DNA of 64,000 bases from Spizellomyces punctatus DAOM BR117 (Eukaryota). Both the position numbers and the translations under genes were made by a program. The notes beneath the pieces are model-generated. The model saw nothing but the letters and a program-made list of their open reading frames with translations. It searched no databases and was not told the origin of the DNA. The stretch lies in assembly GCA_000182565.2 (NCBI GenBank), contig KQ257460.1. One strand, 5' to 3'. Below, piece after piece: positions 12,401-22,827 of this stretch (its first letter is position 1; each line of letters begins with the position of its first letter).

Positions 12401-13018
12401 GGGGGCCACTGGTTGTGAAGGATGAGCAAGTGGAAGGAGCTGTCAGGAGTTGCTTGGGCTGAGGGGGACATTTAAATTCAGCGCCCAACGCGCCCGACTA
12501 AACCACAGCGCGCACCAGTGGAGTCTTTGCTGTATAAATAACACAACAATCTGATAAGATGATGGACGGCATTTAGCGATGCTTTGTTGATGCATCGTAG
12601 AGATCTCAATGAAATAGTAATGTCGCAACCAATGTCGCCATTGGGTTTCGATGATCCATTACGTCCGAAAGGCAACGGTTACGGGGAAGCTCATCGCATA
12701 TAAAAATAGTCTATTCTTTAGATGTCAAGAAGCTTTGGCAAAGCCTTAATTTACAAATAGCTTCCGTGTTCCATACTTCATTTGCCTGCAAACTTCCCCA
12801 CAACCCATCAAACTCACATTCAACACTAGCTTTGTGAAAACCTGAGCACACAGATTCTCTTCTCATATACTCATCCTTTGAGCAGCCTCGCCGAATAAGA
12901 AGGACCATCTTGTCAACAGAGTAAAACCTCCATCTTTGCACATTCCTCTTCCCCAGATCTCACCGAAGCCATCTGTTCATACCGAGTGTCTAACCACTGC
13001 CTGACCTTCGATCCAAAA

Positions 13019-13633
13019 ATGACCGTCGCTCAAGCCGAATTCGAAGCGTCGGAACAGCTTGTGCAGAGCACAGGCGAGAACGACACTGAACTCAACCCCA
13101 TCGAAAGCGAGACTGAAGCGAACAATCCACCTAACGGCACAAAGACCAAAAAGCGCGCTAAGCAATCGAGAAAGAAACAGGAGAATGGGGACGGTGATGT
13201 CGAGGTCAAGGAAAAAAAGACTAAAAAGCGTGCAACGGGTACCAAACGGCAGAACAGCAGAGTCAAATCAAGGGCGGAACCCAACGATGAAGATGCGGAT
13301 AATGGCGAAGGCAACCCCGATGCAGAGAAGGCCAAAGTGGGAAATAAAGTCAGAGCCAAGGTAGGTAGGAAACACCATATCATTAAGAACCCTCCTCAGA
13401 TCTAAATAAATCACTCCCTAAAGCCATTGTCCCAAGAAGAACGCGATATCCTCGAGGACATCATGGAATCTTTGAAAGGTCCAGTTCACTGGGAGACCAT
13501 CGCCAGAAAATTCAATAGCCACTTTGGACGTACGCCCGCCCAGTTGGGCCAGTTCTGGCGAAGCCAGACGTTTAAAAAGAGACATGAAGACAGAGAACAA
13601 CAAGAAGAAAGCCCTGAGGACAGTTCGATGTAA
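13019..13633 (+). CDS. Small Myb/SANT-like domain protein, 2 exons
   Basis: A 63-nt intron at 13361-13423 joins same-frame ORFs. LSQEERDILEDIMESLKGPVHWETIARKFNSHFGRTPAQLGQFW is Myb-like. Confidence 0.65.
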
Positions 13634-13830
13634 CCAGCACATGCGAGCAAATCGTGGACAATGATTCAGAGATTTGGGCCATCGAATCATAAGACGGGGC
13701 CGGTGGACTTTGGCACTAGTACATAGATTCCAACCAATTTAATCATAATTTTACTCAATTTAGGCACATGAATCAAAATGTGAACGTTAAGATACTTTAT
13801 ATAATAATGACACTTTACATCATTGTTCTC

Positions 13831-13868
13831 GAAACACTTTGAAACACTTTGAAACACTTTGAAACACT
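13831..13868 (+). repeat. 10-bp tandem repeat (GAAACACTTT) x~4 in the left subterminal region of the Fanzor element
   Basis: gaaacacttt gaaacacttt gaaacacttt gaaacact, with degenerate caaacac copies downstream. Confidence 0.9.
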
Positions 13869-13936
13869 CCAATGCATTGGGCAAACACTTCAATAGCAGA
13901 GCTTCTGCATTCAAACACAACCTAAACATGTCTTTC

Positions 13937-14536
13937 TGTAACGACGAGGACGTCTTCGAGAGATCGCGAGTAAGCCCAAATCGGACGCGGGAAGCACGAA
14001 TCGCGTGACCAACTCCACCGATTGGGTTACCGCGACCGAAAAAACCGGTTCGGAGAATGGCAATTGGCGCATTAGATTTCAGCGTGCCTCGTACAACCTG
14101 TGGAGGCCCGAGCCAGTGCGGAAAAGGAAGAGATCGGTACCGCCACCAATAAATCAGTTGCGGTGCAGCGACACCCATTAGTTTAGTTTAGTTTAACAGT
14201 TTATCCAAGAATCTTGTATAAAAAGGATGTATTCAATAAAATAAGTCGGGGGCAGAAGCCGTAGCGACACAAAATCCCCATAACTCGCTTCTCAACTCCA
14301 ATCTTAGGTTAACAGGAACCTAACAGAGCGCTTCAACGGCCTGATCACCCGTACCGAAGCCTCTAAATCCTGCTCGGTTCACAACTAACCGACTCTCCTT
14401 GCCTCTCGCCCTCAAGTCGCTACCGACGCCCAAAGAAAGGATTTGGAGACTACGATTCCTAGTACGGACACCCACACAACCTGCTAGGAGACCCAAGTTG
14501 TCTTTACTGTAGTCTACCAACAAAAAATCCGTTACA
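13937..14536 (+). repeat. 5' LTR (600 bp)
   Basis: Direct repeat of 22228-22827 with TG..CA ends and a 7-bp terminal inverted repeat. TATAAAA near 14217 and AATAAA near 14235. Confidence 0.95.
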
Positions 14537-14551
14537 TGGTGGAGAAGCGCG
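14537..14551 (+). promoter_or_regulatory. Primer binding site, probably tRNA-Ala
   Basis: TGGTGGAGAAGCGCG lies directly after the LTR. Its reverse complement ends ...CTTCTCCACCA, the typical tRNA-Ala 3' end. Confidence 0.7.
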
Positions 14552-14691
14552 ACGAACCGCCTTCCCCTCTCAAATTCAGCTGAAAACCTTATTCGGTCGT
14601 ACCGAAACTCTTGCGCAAACCGAGATCCGCTCAGGTAGCTACTCGGAAACCTTTTCTCTCGTTTCGGAGACAGAACTTCACGAAACCGAGA

Positions 14692-17600
14692 ATGATGCCG
14701 GTCGAACGCTCACCAACGCGAGGCCGCTCACCTGTGATCCAGACTCGTAGTCAGGGTCCTGCGGAGGACGTCGAAGTCCCTCCCGCAACACGCCCAAGGC
14801 GTTCAGGGACCACTTCCGTCGAACCGGAAGCCCCTAACTTGGCCACGATGGCCTCTGAAGTGGCAGCGTTAAAAGAAGACATTGCCCGCTCGACTGCTGC
14901 AACGCAGTTGGCAACTCAAAACCTTACGGAACAGCTTCATAGGCTTTCCGAACGTCAGACAGCGGCGGATGAGCGCCTCGCACGAGCCTTAGAAGCCCTA
15001 GCGCATCGCCCGCTGCCTGAACAACCTCCCATAGCACGAGCTACAAGAGAACGGTCCGCAACCCCGTGGGAAACGGCGGACACACCAAGGGAGCGTACCG
15101 AACCAAGTTTTTCAGGTGCGGTGCCTCCAATCCAAGTGCCAGCGGCCCCGTGGGCCAGCGACACCAAGGTCGATTCCTTGAAAGCAAAGGACGTACCCGA
15201 GTTTACGGGCAGAAGAAACCAAGACGTTGAAGAATGGCTTAACAAAGTCCAACTTCTTCAAAACGTTAGCGCAACGTCGGATGCCAGGATGGTACAGCTC
15301 CTACCAGCCATGATAGCCGAGAAAACCCCTGCTGACGCTTGGTTTTACACTCTGGAAGCCCAGGAAACTCGCTCATGGACCTGGAAAAGGTGGAAAGAGG
15401 AACTGCTTCGAGAGTTCCGAGATCCCCTAACCGAGTCCAAGCGCAAAACCGAATATGTGCGCTGCCATGCGAACCCCAAAGAATTTCGCAGCTTTCTCGC
15501 GTTCATCGACCACAAAACTCATCTCCGGCGCCTCGCTTATGGCGACCGGGCAAACATAGAATGTCCCGCTGACCAGCATTTCGACCTAATAGTCGAACAA
15601 TTGCCCAGCGACATCCAAATCATGGTCAAATCCTGTAACGTCACGAACCTGACCAAATTAAAAGACTTCCTGCGCCTTTATTTCGGCTCTGATGACACCA
15701 GAAAACGAGACCCTTGCTACAGCGGTGCTGCAGAAGCTCAGAAGAAGTCACAAAAGACCGGAACCGACAAAGGCCCTAAGCAGACGGCTCCGCATAAAAC
15801 CGGAAACCCCGAAAAGGGTCGCGATGGTCCTCAGAAGATGGTTCCGGACCCCAACAAGGAACCACCGGCACCCTGCAAATTCTGTCAGAAAAAGCATTGG
15901 AATGTTTTCTGCTGGCAGAACCCGAACCGAAAAGATCCTGAAGATGGAAAGAAAGGACCATATGGAGCACCCATGCCCTCAGGTTGGAAACCCAAACAGG
16001 AATCGAAGAAGGCGTACATAGTGGAGCTGGACTCGACGTCCGCTACCACCGAGACTCTTTTTTCGGCTTCGGAACTGGAAAGAACGGAAGCCGCTAATCA
16101 AGGATTCCACACCATCGGGTTCTTTCATTCACCCAAGCACTCGGAATCAACAATTTTGATGACCGCACCTCTTTCCAAGGTCACGGTGACCAAGGAAGAG
16201 GACCCCCGCACGCCCACGCAGGGCTGGGACCGAGTCTGGGACAACATAGCCATCATCTGGGGCACCCCGCAAGTGGCTCTGATGATGGGCAACAACCCCC
16301 GCGCGCTCAGCTTCTTCGCCAAAGAACCGAAGCGAGGCGCCGGGCACCTCGGGAACGACCCCTACGCAGTCGCGTGGAGTTCCCACCACCTCTACATCGC
16401 TGCCGCAGCCGAAGCTGACAAGGATCGAATCCTGCGAAAGGTCCGAGAAGACGGTACCCCTCGTTTGATTCTCCTTGCCTGGATAAAGCTCGACGAGCGC
16501 GAGAAATTCTTGATGTGGAGCTCTGAAGATCCTGTTATCTTTGATGCGTACGCCAACCTGCAACTGGTGGCATTTCTCCTGACAGGCAATATCGTTCGCT
16601 CAGACTATTATTATCGTCGCGGAAACCCCAAATTTCGGCACGTTAAAGACCATCCACGTCTCCAAAGACACGAAGAGAGCGAACGGACGCGTATAGTCAT
16701 GCTGGCTATCGAACAAGTTGCTCGCCAGAATAAAACAACAAAACCACAAAACGACAAAACTAGAGAACACTTTGAGAGTGTGATCAAGGCTACGGAAGCA
16801 ACAATTAACGACATCGCGCCCCATTTCGAGATCGCGGTGCCTTCTATCAACGCCTTCTACTCAGTAGATTTAGGCGATGTACTCAAAAGCCAGACTAAGA
16901 CCCAAACGCAGCCTTGCTGGACGCTAGCCGTCATCGCGCAGCTCTGGGCACCTGTGGTACTAGACACAGGGGCCTGCGAGTCTCTGATTTCCGACACGTA
17001 CCAAGGCCTTCTGTTCTCCGAAACCGATTTGCAGGATGCGGAAACGATGGCTTTCAACGGCATTGGTGGACGTATCTCATCTACCAAGACAGTATGCCTC
17101 GAAACTTCCCTCAGAGGCCGCGGCGGAGAATACCTGACTTTCCGCGCCTACTTTCGGGTCATCGCGTACGGGAAACCTCTCATCATCCTAGCCAACGACG
17201 TTTTGGGACATTTGAAACTCCAAACCTTGGTTCAGGAACCCCCGTTACCCAGTTTCGCGGTGACGCTCAAGAATCCAGACATCCTTATCCCCTGCTCCAT
17301 AACGGATGAGCTGGACACCGATCACATGCGCGGCACGCCATACAAGACCAAGCAGGGTGAATTCATGAAGGATGTGTCAATGCCACGGCTGACCAAAGCC
17401 AAAGCTCAGAAGTCTAGATTAACCATGTTAATCACGGGACAGACGCGCGTGGCAGCCCAAACTTTTCTCATCGAAAACCCTCTTGAGGCCACCGCTGCTA
17501 GCTCAACGGTCCCGTTAGGCCTCAAACTGTCCACCGCGACCCATAATTCGGTTGCGGACCCCGAAGAGAACATTTCCAAAGAAGAATGGCAGACACTTCG

Positions 17601-20600
17601 GAACAAATGGAACCTCGACTCTACGGAGAGGGCTCCAGGGGCCTTCGAAGCCCAATTAAAAGACGCGGAACGTTTCCACGTCGATCTCAAGCGACCCAAA
17701 CCCGTGGTCTGGGCCCTAATCAACATTCTACGACACTTCCATCAAGCCTTCAGCTATGAGGGTCATCTCATAGGGAACTACACCAAGATTCCTTATGCGC
17801 CTCGATTTATCTCGGCTCCGCCACCCCTTTCGAGGCCACGGTCGTACTCTCCGTTGGAGCGGACAGCCCTCGAGACGGAGCGAGACACCATGATGGGGCT
17901 TCAGAGGTGGAAACGAACCACCGAAGTAACCTTCGCCAGCGATCCTGTTATCATTCGCTATGCAGACAAACCCCCGCGCGTAGCCTTCGACTATCGCCGA
18001 GCCAACGACTGCATGGCCTGGGATCCATATCCCTTTCCCATCATGCTCGACATCCTGAACTGGATCGTCGCAGTCCCATTCCGATACATATCGGGAGGTG
18101 ACGCAAACAAAGGATTCTACCAAATCGCCATCACCGATGCGTCGGTACGCAAATGGCTCGCGCTCAGACTCCATGACGGCATCTACGAACCACTCTTTAT
18201 GCCCTTCGGACCCAAGACTGCCCCCTCGCACTTCTGTCGGGTGATGGACGACACCTTGGGTCCCTCCAAATGGCGAAATATCAACAACTTCGTCGACGAT
18301 ATCCACACACGAGTGGAGACAGCCGCGGAAGCCCTAGACGCCATCGCGGACTGGCTCGACCGCTTTTCCAGAGCCAAACTCACCCTAAGACTCGACAAGT
18401 GTCAATGGCTCTTTCACCAGCTCACGGCCCTCGGTTTCGTTGCCTCCTCTCAGGGTCTCGCTACCGATCCAGACAAGGTCGCAACCATAGTCGATTGGCC
18501 ACAACCCAAATTCATAGGTGACCTATGGTCATTCGTGGGTCTCCTAGGGTTCTACGCCCAATTCATTTCTCGCTACGCGGAACTCGTCCGACCCCTGCAA
18601 GACGCTATCCAAGAGGGCGTTCGCGAATACCGAGACCTTAAAAAGGGTCGCGCTGACCCGAAGAAAGGCGCTGAAAAGCTCAATTCACCATCCATGCTCG
18701 ACACGGCGGTGGCCCCTACAATCACAGCCACCGGAGCCCGATTTGAGGTTTCGCAACATCCGAAATCTAGCTCCTCAGACCTACCGGCGGTCAATCTACG
18801 CCAATCATCGCTGGCGGACTTACCCATTGACCCCTTTTGTGTCGGACGCCTTGCTCGCAAGCGCCCCGACCAAGGTCTGCGCAGATTTATCGCGAAGCGT
18901 GAAGTTTCATGGACCGATTCCCGAAACTCTGCCTTCGCAGCCGCCAAGCAGGCTCTGACAACAGCTCCAGTGCTCGCGGCACCCAGAAAAGGGTTCCCCT
19001 ACACCCTTCACAGTGACGCTTCCTACACAGCGTTTAATGTCACGCTCGAACAGTTACAGCCGGATGCTTCTAAACGCCCGCTGTGCTACCATTCCCGAGG
19101 CACCACCACCTCGGAAAAGAAGGCCCCCCCCGTCGAACTCGAGGCCGGATGCCTCATTTGGGGCCTCGGAAAACTCCGCCCATACCTCGAAGGCCTGCCT
19201 TTCACGGTCATTACCGATCACCGAGCTCTTTTGTGGCTCGCCAAATACAAAGGCGAGAACCGAAAGCTCCTCCGCTGGGCCCTCGATCTTAGTTACTGGT
19301 CCGAATGGATGACAATCGTACACAAACCAGGACGCTTCCACATAGTCGCTGATACACTTTCGCGGCTACTTGGCGCGGAAACTCTTCTTTGCTCTACCGC
19401 GACCGAAATATGGGTGTCGGAACGCAAAGGACGACGGCCGCGCACCCCGCCAGCCGGTCCCGCACCCTCCTCAACACTGGCAGATGCCATCTTTCGTTTG
19501 GCGTTACAGCCCGCACTCATCACCGCCATCCGCGCTGGCCTCACCGGCCCGCTCCACCCCATCGCCCAACAGGCCCGCACCCTTCTATGGGAGACCAGCC
19601 CCGACACGTACACTACCGCCGACACGCGCTTTCTTCAGGACTGGCAACGTGCAGATAACCTGCTGTGGCACCGTTTTTCAGTCTCCGAAGACCTTTGGCG
19701 CCTTTACGTGCCCCCTGCTTGCACCCCTGAGGTGCGCAAGCTTTTTCACGAGGGGGGAGGACACTTCGGATTCGAAAGAACCTACGCTAGAGCTGCAGCG
19801 CAAGTCTGGTGGCCGAAAATGGCACAAGATTTCAGAAAACACTGCGCAGGATGTGAAACCTGTCAACGCTCAAAAAGGGTACCGCAACTGATTCCGGGGT
19901 TGCTGAAACCCATACCACCAGCTCCGGGACGCTGGACAGTCATCACGACTGACTTCGTAACCAAGCTCCCACTTACTTCCAGAGGGTACGACGCCTTTTG
20001 GTTAATAGCATGTAAATGCTCAAAGAGGATCCACGTATGGCCCCTCAAGAGCACTGCGACAGCTATTCAGGTCGCGGAACTCTTTATAGAGCGCTACGTC
20101 CCATTGCACGGCATCCCGGAGACCATTATCTCGGACCGCGACTCCAAATTTACGAGTCGATTTTGGCAGGAGGTCTGCAAAAACCTAAAGATTAATCAAG
20201 AGCTCACCACAGCCTACCACCCTCAAGGTGATGGACAATCAGAAAGAGACAACGCAACGGTCTTGCAGGTCCTTACCACAATGGTCAACACCCGATTAGA
20301 TGACTGGGACACCTTTCTTCCGGTTGCGGAATTCATTATCAACGATACGGTACACGAGGCGACAAAAATGACGCGATTCAGAATGGACCTAGGCTATGAG
20401 CCCCACAATCCACTGGCGGACATCGTCGAAAGGCCGTCAGAAACCAGAAATGCAGATGCGGAGGAGCTCTGTAAACACCTCGGCGACCTAAACATCCTTA
20501 TCCGAGATCTGATGATCGAAGCCCAGGATTCGCAGAAAAGATATTACGATTTATCGCGACGACATTTGGAGTTCCGGAGAGGAGATAAGGTGCTTCTGAG

Positions 20601-22170
20601 CACGAAAAACCTAGCAGGGTATGAGTCCAAGATCGCTCCGAAATGGCTGGGACCAGTCACGGTGACCGACTGTAACCCTCTCCGCGACAACTACGAGTTA
20701 AAACTGCCAGACAAGATGAGACGACTTCATCCATGGTTTCACATATCGAAATTACGTCCGTACCAGAAGCCTGTCGACGCCGAAACTGAGGAAAAGGTCG
20801 CGGAAGCACAAGCGGAGGATTCCGACGCTTCAGATGGCGAGTTTGAAGTGGAAGCGATAGTAGACCATCGAACCAGGCGCGGAAAACGTCAATTTCGAAT
20901 ACGTTGGTCCGGATACCCACCCCATGAGGATACCTGGGAACCAGAGGAAGCCCTAACAGAGGCTTCCGAAGCCTTAGAAGAGTACTGGAGATCCAGAGCT
21001 CCCACTAGCGCGCTAGTAGAGGACTCTTTGGTAGTCAGCCTTGCAGGCGACGCCCCGGAAGATACGGCTTATGCTTCCGACCACCAATGCTTCGCGGTTT
21101 ATCCGGACGATAGCTCACGTGATAATCACGCCCTCTCACCAGAAAGAAAACCAGTTTCGCGTGGCTTACCTCACCAGTCGAGAACGCCACACCAAGCCTC
21201 CCGATCACGCTTACGCGCGTCCGAGCTGTCAAAATCAGCCGGCGACGACCTTAAAAGGACGCCCCTGCACGCTCCCCCTCTTTTTTCTTCTTCAACCGCC
21301 CACGACCTACTTCCCTTACACACTCACTCTGCTTCGCAAACCCCTTCTATCGACACCGAAACTAAAACTTCCATTTCTAACACAATGAACACCGATCTCA
21401 GAGGACAAGCAGGAGTGAGCGTACCCTCCACGTACATGTCCGGCTACCCTTGGGAGGAAGACTCGGGCGACTTCGAGGCCGAGGGCGTGCTGGATCGCCT
21501 TGGGGTTGCGATCGCTACCTGGGTTCACTCCTGGGTTCATCAGCTTCGGACCAACCCCAACGCGCCGCTGCAGACTCCAGGGCATGAGTTTTGGCTGGGA
21601 GTCGACGCTCCGAAACCTTACGCGGTGGGCCAGCCCCTCACAAACCACATCGCGGACCCCTACAGCAAGGCCACCGATGGTGGTGAAGCAGCGGTCGGAA
21701 TAGTTGCTGACGCGAAAAAACCCGGAAAAAGAGGGCGCCCAGCTCCGTGCGCCGCTTGGCTCGACCGCGGGGTTCCCCAACACGAGGCGGGAAGCCGAAA
21801 AACGGCTCCGTTCACCGATTGGCCGAACGACGACGCCCACGAGTTTGCGTCCGCCGTCATTGAAGCAGCTAGGACGGTGCTCCTAAGGACGGCGAACGCA
21901 GCGGAAGCCTCTGCAAGGCTCACCAGACCCCGACATCACGAGCACGCGGAGTACCATTTCCGCGCGACAAACCTGAAAAGGGCCGCGGAGACCTTTACGG
22001 CCCTCTACGTAACCAGAACTGGCCCCGACGTGACCCCGGGTACCATCGTTCGTACCGCAACAGATCAAATCTGGTTTTGTTGCAACGTCGGTGGCCGTGC
22101 CAGTATCATCTGGGTCGTGAACCAAGATGCAGATGAAGCGGACCCCACAGATCCGGTACCGACCTGGTAA
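14692..22170 (+). CDS. Gag-Pol polyprotein (Gag, protease, RT, RNase H, integrase, chromodomain, plus extra domains)
   Basis: Uninterrupted ~2490-aa ORF. It contains a CKFCQKKHWNVFC knuckle, LDTGA protease (~16960), MPFGPKTAP/FVDD RT (~18290), SDAS..ELE..TDH RNase H, an H..GH..CxxC plus TDFVT..SDRD..GQSER integrase, and the chromodomain FEVEAIVDHR..RWSGYPPHEDTWEP (~20840-20990). Confidence 0.95.
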   Translation: MMPVERSPTRGRSPVIQTRSQGPAEDVEVPPATRPRRSGTTSVEPEAPNLATMASEVAALKEDIARSTAATQLATQNLTEQLHRLSERQTAADERLARALEALAHRPLPEQPPIARATRERSATPWETADTPRERTEPSFSGAVPPIQVPAAPWASDTKVDSLKAKDVPEFTGRRNQDVEEWLNKVQLLQNVSATSDARMVQLLPAMIAEKTPADAWFYTLEAQETRSWTWKRWKEELLREFRDPLTESKRKTEYVRCHANPKEFRSFLAFIDHKTHLRRLAYGDRANIECPADQHFDLIVEQLPSDIQIMVKSCNVTNLTKLKDFLRLYFGSDDTRKRDPCYSGAAEAQKKSQKTGTDKGPKQTAPHKTGNPEKGRDGPQKMVPDPNKEPPAPCKFCQKKHWNVFCWQNPNRKDPEDGKKGPYGAPMPSGWKPKQESKKAYIVELDSTSATTETLFSASELERTEAANQGFHTIGFFHSPKHSESTILMTAPLSKVTVTKEEDPRTPTQGWDRVWDNIAIIWGTPQVALMMGNNPRALSFFAKEPKRGAGHLGNDPYAVAWSSHHLYIAAAAEADKDRILRKVREDGTPRLILLAWIKLDEREKFLMWSSEDPVIFDAYANLQLVAFLLTGNIVRSDYYYRRGNPKFRHVKDHPRLQRHEESERTRIVMLAIEQVARQNKTTKPQNDKTREHFESVIKATEATINDIAPHFEIAVPSINAFYSVDLGDVLKSQTKTQTQPCWTLAVIAQLWAPVVLDTGACESLISDTYQGLLFSETDLQDAETMAFNGIGGRISSTKTVCLETSLRGRGGEYLTFRAYFRVIAYGKPLIILANDVLGHLKLQTLVQEPPLPSFAVTLKNPDILIPCSITDELDTDHMRGTPYKTKQGEFMKDVSMPRLTKAKAQKSRLTMLITGQTRVAAQTFLIENPLEATAASSTVPLGLKLSTATHNSVADPEENISKEEWQTLRNKWNLDSTERAPGAFEAQLKDAERFHVDLKRPKPVVWALINILRHFHQAFSYEGHLIGNYTKIPYAPRFISAPPPLSRPRSYSPLERTALETERDTMMGLQRWKRTTEVTFASDPVIIRYADKPPRVAFDYRRANDCMAWDPYPFPIMLDILNWIVAVPFRYISGGDANKGFYQIAITDASVRKWLALRLHDGIYEPLFMPFGPKTAPSHFCRVMDDTLGPSKWRNINNFVDDIHTRVETAAEALDAIADWLDRFSRAKLTLRLDKCQWLFHQLTALGFVASSQGLATDPDKVATIVDWPQPKFIGDLWSFVGLLGFYAQFISRYAELVRPLQDAIQEGVREYRDLKKGRADPKKGAEKLNSPSMLDTAVAPTITATGARFEVSQHPKSSSSDLPAVNLRQSSLADLPIDPFCVGRLARKRPDQGLRRFIAKREVSWTDSRNSAFAAAKQALTTAPVLAAPRKGFPYTLHSDASYTAFNVTLEQLQPDASKRPLCYHSRGTTTSEKKAPPVELEAGCLIWGLGKLRPYLEGLPFTVITDHRALLWLAKYKGENRKLLRWALDLSYWSEWMTIVHKPGRFHIVADTLSRLLGAETLLCSTATEIWVSERKGRRPRTPPAGPAPSSTLADAIFRLALQPALITAIRAGLTGPLHPIAQQARTLLWETSPDTYTTADTRFLQDWQRADNLLWHRFSVSEDLWRLYVPPACTPEVRKLFHEGGGHFGFERTYARAAAQVWWPKMAQDFRKHCAGCETCQRSKRVPQLIPGLLKPIPPAPGRWTVITTDFVTKLPLTSRGYDAFWLIACKCSKRIHVWPLKSTATAIQVAELFIERYVPLHGIPETIISDRDSKFTSRFWQEVCKNLKINQELTTAYHPQGDGQSERDNATVLQVLTTMVNTRLDDWDTFLPVAEFIINDTVHEATKMTRFRMDLGYEPHNPLADIVERPSETRNADAEELCKHLGDLNILIRDLMIEAQDSQKRYYDLSRRHLEFRRGDKVLLSTKNLAGYESKIAPKWLGPVTVTDCNPLRDNYELKLPDKMRRLHPWFHISKLRPYQKPVDAETEEKVAEAQAEDSDASDGEFEVEAIVDHRTRRGKRQFRIRWSGYPPHEDTWEPEEALTEASEALEEYWRSRAPTSALVEDSLVVSLAGDAPEDTAYASDHQCFAVYPDDSSRDNHALSPERKPVSRGLPHQSRTPHQASRSRLRASELSKSAGDDLKRTPLHAPPLFSSSTAHDLLPLHTHSASQTPSIDTETKTSISNTMNTDLRGQAGVSVPSTYMSGYPWEEDSGDFEAEGVLDRLGVAIATWVHSWVHQLRTNPNAPLQTPGHEFWLGVDAPKPYAVGQPLTNHIADPYSKATDGGEAAVGIVADAKKPGKRGRPAPCAAWLDRGVPQHEAGSRKTAPFTDWPNDDAHEFASAVIEAARTVLLRTANAAEASARLTRPRHHEHAEYHFRATNLKRAAETFTALYVTRTGPDVTPGTIVRTATDQIWFCCNVGGRASIIWVVNQDADEADPTDPVPTW

Positions 22171-22217
22171 TTGACGTCCCAACACCCCCGCTCGGAGCGC
22201 CGGTGCGTTGGCTCTTC

Positions 22218-22227
22218 AAAGGGGGGA
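22218..22227 (+). promoter_or_regulatory. Polypurine tract
   Basis: AAAGGGGGGA immediately before the 3' LTR. Confidence 0.85.
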
Positions 22228-22827
22228 TGTAACGACGAGGACGTCTTCGAGAGATCGCGAGTAAGCCCAAATCGGACGCGGGAAGCACGAATCGCGTGAC
22301 CAACTCCACCGATTGGGTTACCGCGACCGAAAAAACCGGTTCGGAGAATGGCAATTGGCGCATTAGATTTCAGCGTGCCTCGTACAACCTGTGGAGGCCC
22401 GAGCCAGTGCGGAAAAGGAAGAGATCGGTACCGCCACCAATAAATCAGTTGCGGTGCAGCGACACCCATTAGTTTAGTTTAGTTTAACAGTTTATCCAAG
22501 AATCTTGTATAAAAAGGATGTATTCAATAAAATAAGTCGGGGGCAGAAGCCGTAGCGACACAAAATCCCCATAACTCGCTTCTCAACTCCAATCTTAGGT
22601 TAACAGGAACCTAACAGAGCGCTTCAACGGCCTGATCACCCGTACCGAAGCCTCTAAATCCTGCTCGGTTCACAACTAACCGACTCTCCTTGCCTCTCGC
22701 CCCCAAGTCGCTACCGACGCCCAAAGAAAGGATTCGGAGACTATGATTCCTAGTACGGCCACCCACATAACCTGCTAGGAGACCCAAGTCGTCTTTACCG
22801 TAGTCTACCAACAAAAAATCCGTTACA
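22228..22827 (+). repeat. 3' LTR (600 bp)
   Basis: Direct repeat of 13937-14536 with 7 substitutions counted by eye. Confidence 0.95.

Larger units (their letters stand above)
13937..22827 (+). mobile_element. Full-length Ty3/gypsy (chromovirus-type) LTR retrotransposon
   Basis: Two 600-bp LTRs (TGTAACG...CGTTACA), a PBS, a PPT and a single gag-pol ORF in PR-RT-RH-IN-chromo order. Confidence 0.95.

Noticed and set aside
13831-13868. Short repeats as a CRISPR-like array (also the 51-bp pair at 25075-25176)
   Set aside because: The units are directly adjacent with no unique spacers, and the context is eukaryotic.
13687-14523. Minus-strand ORFs repeated at 22065-22814
   Set aside because: They are incidental antisense ORFs duplicated because they lie in the LTRs.
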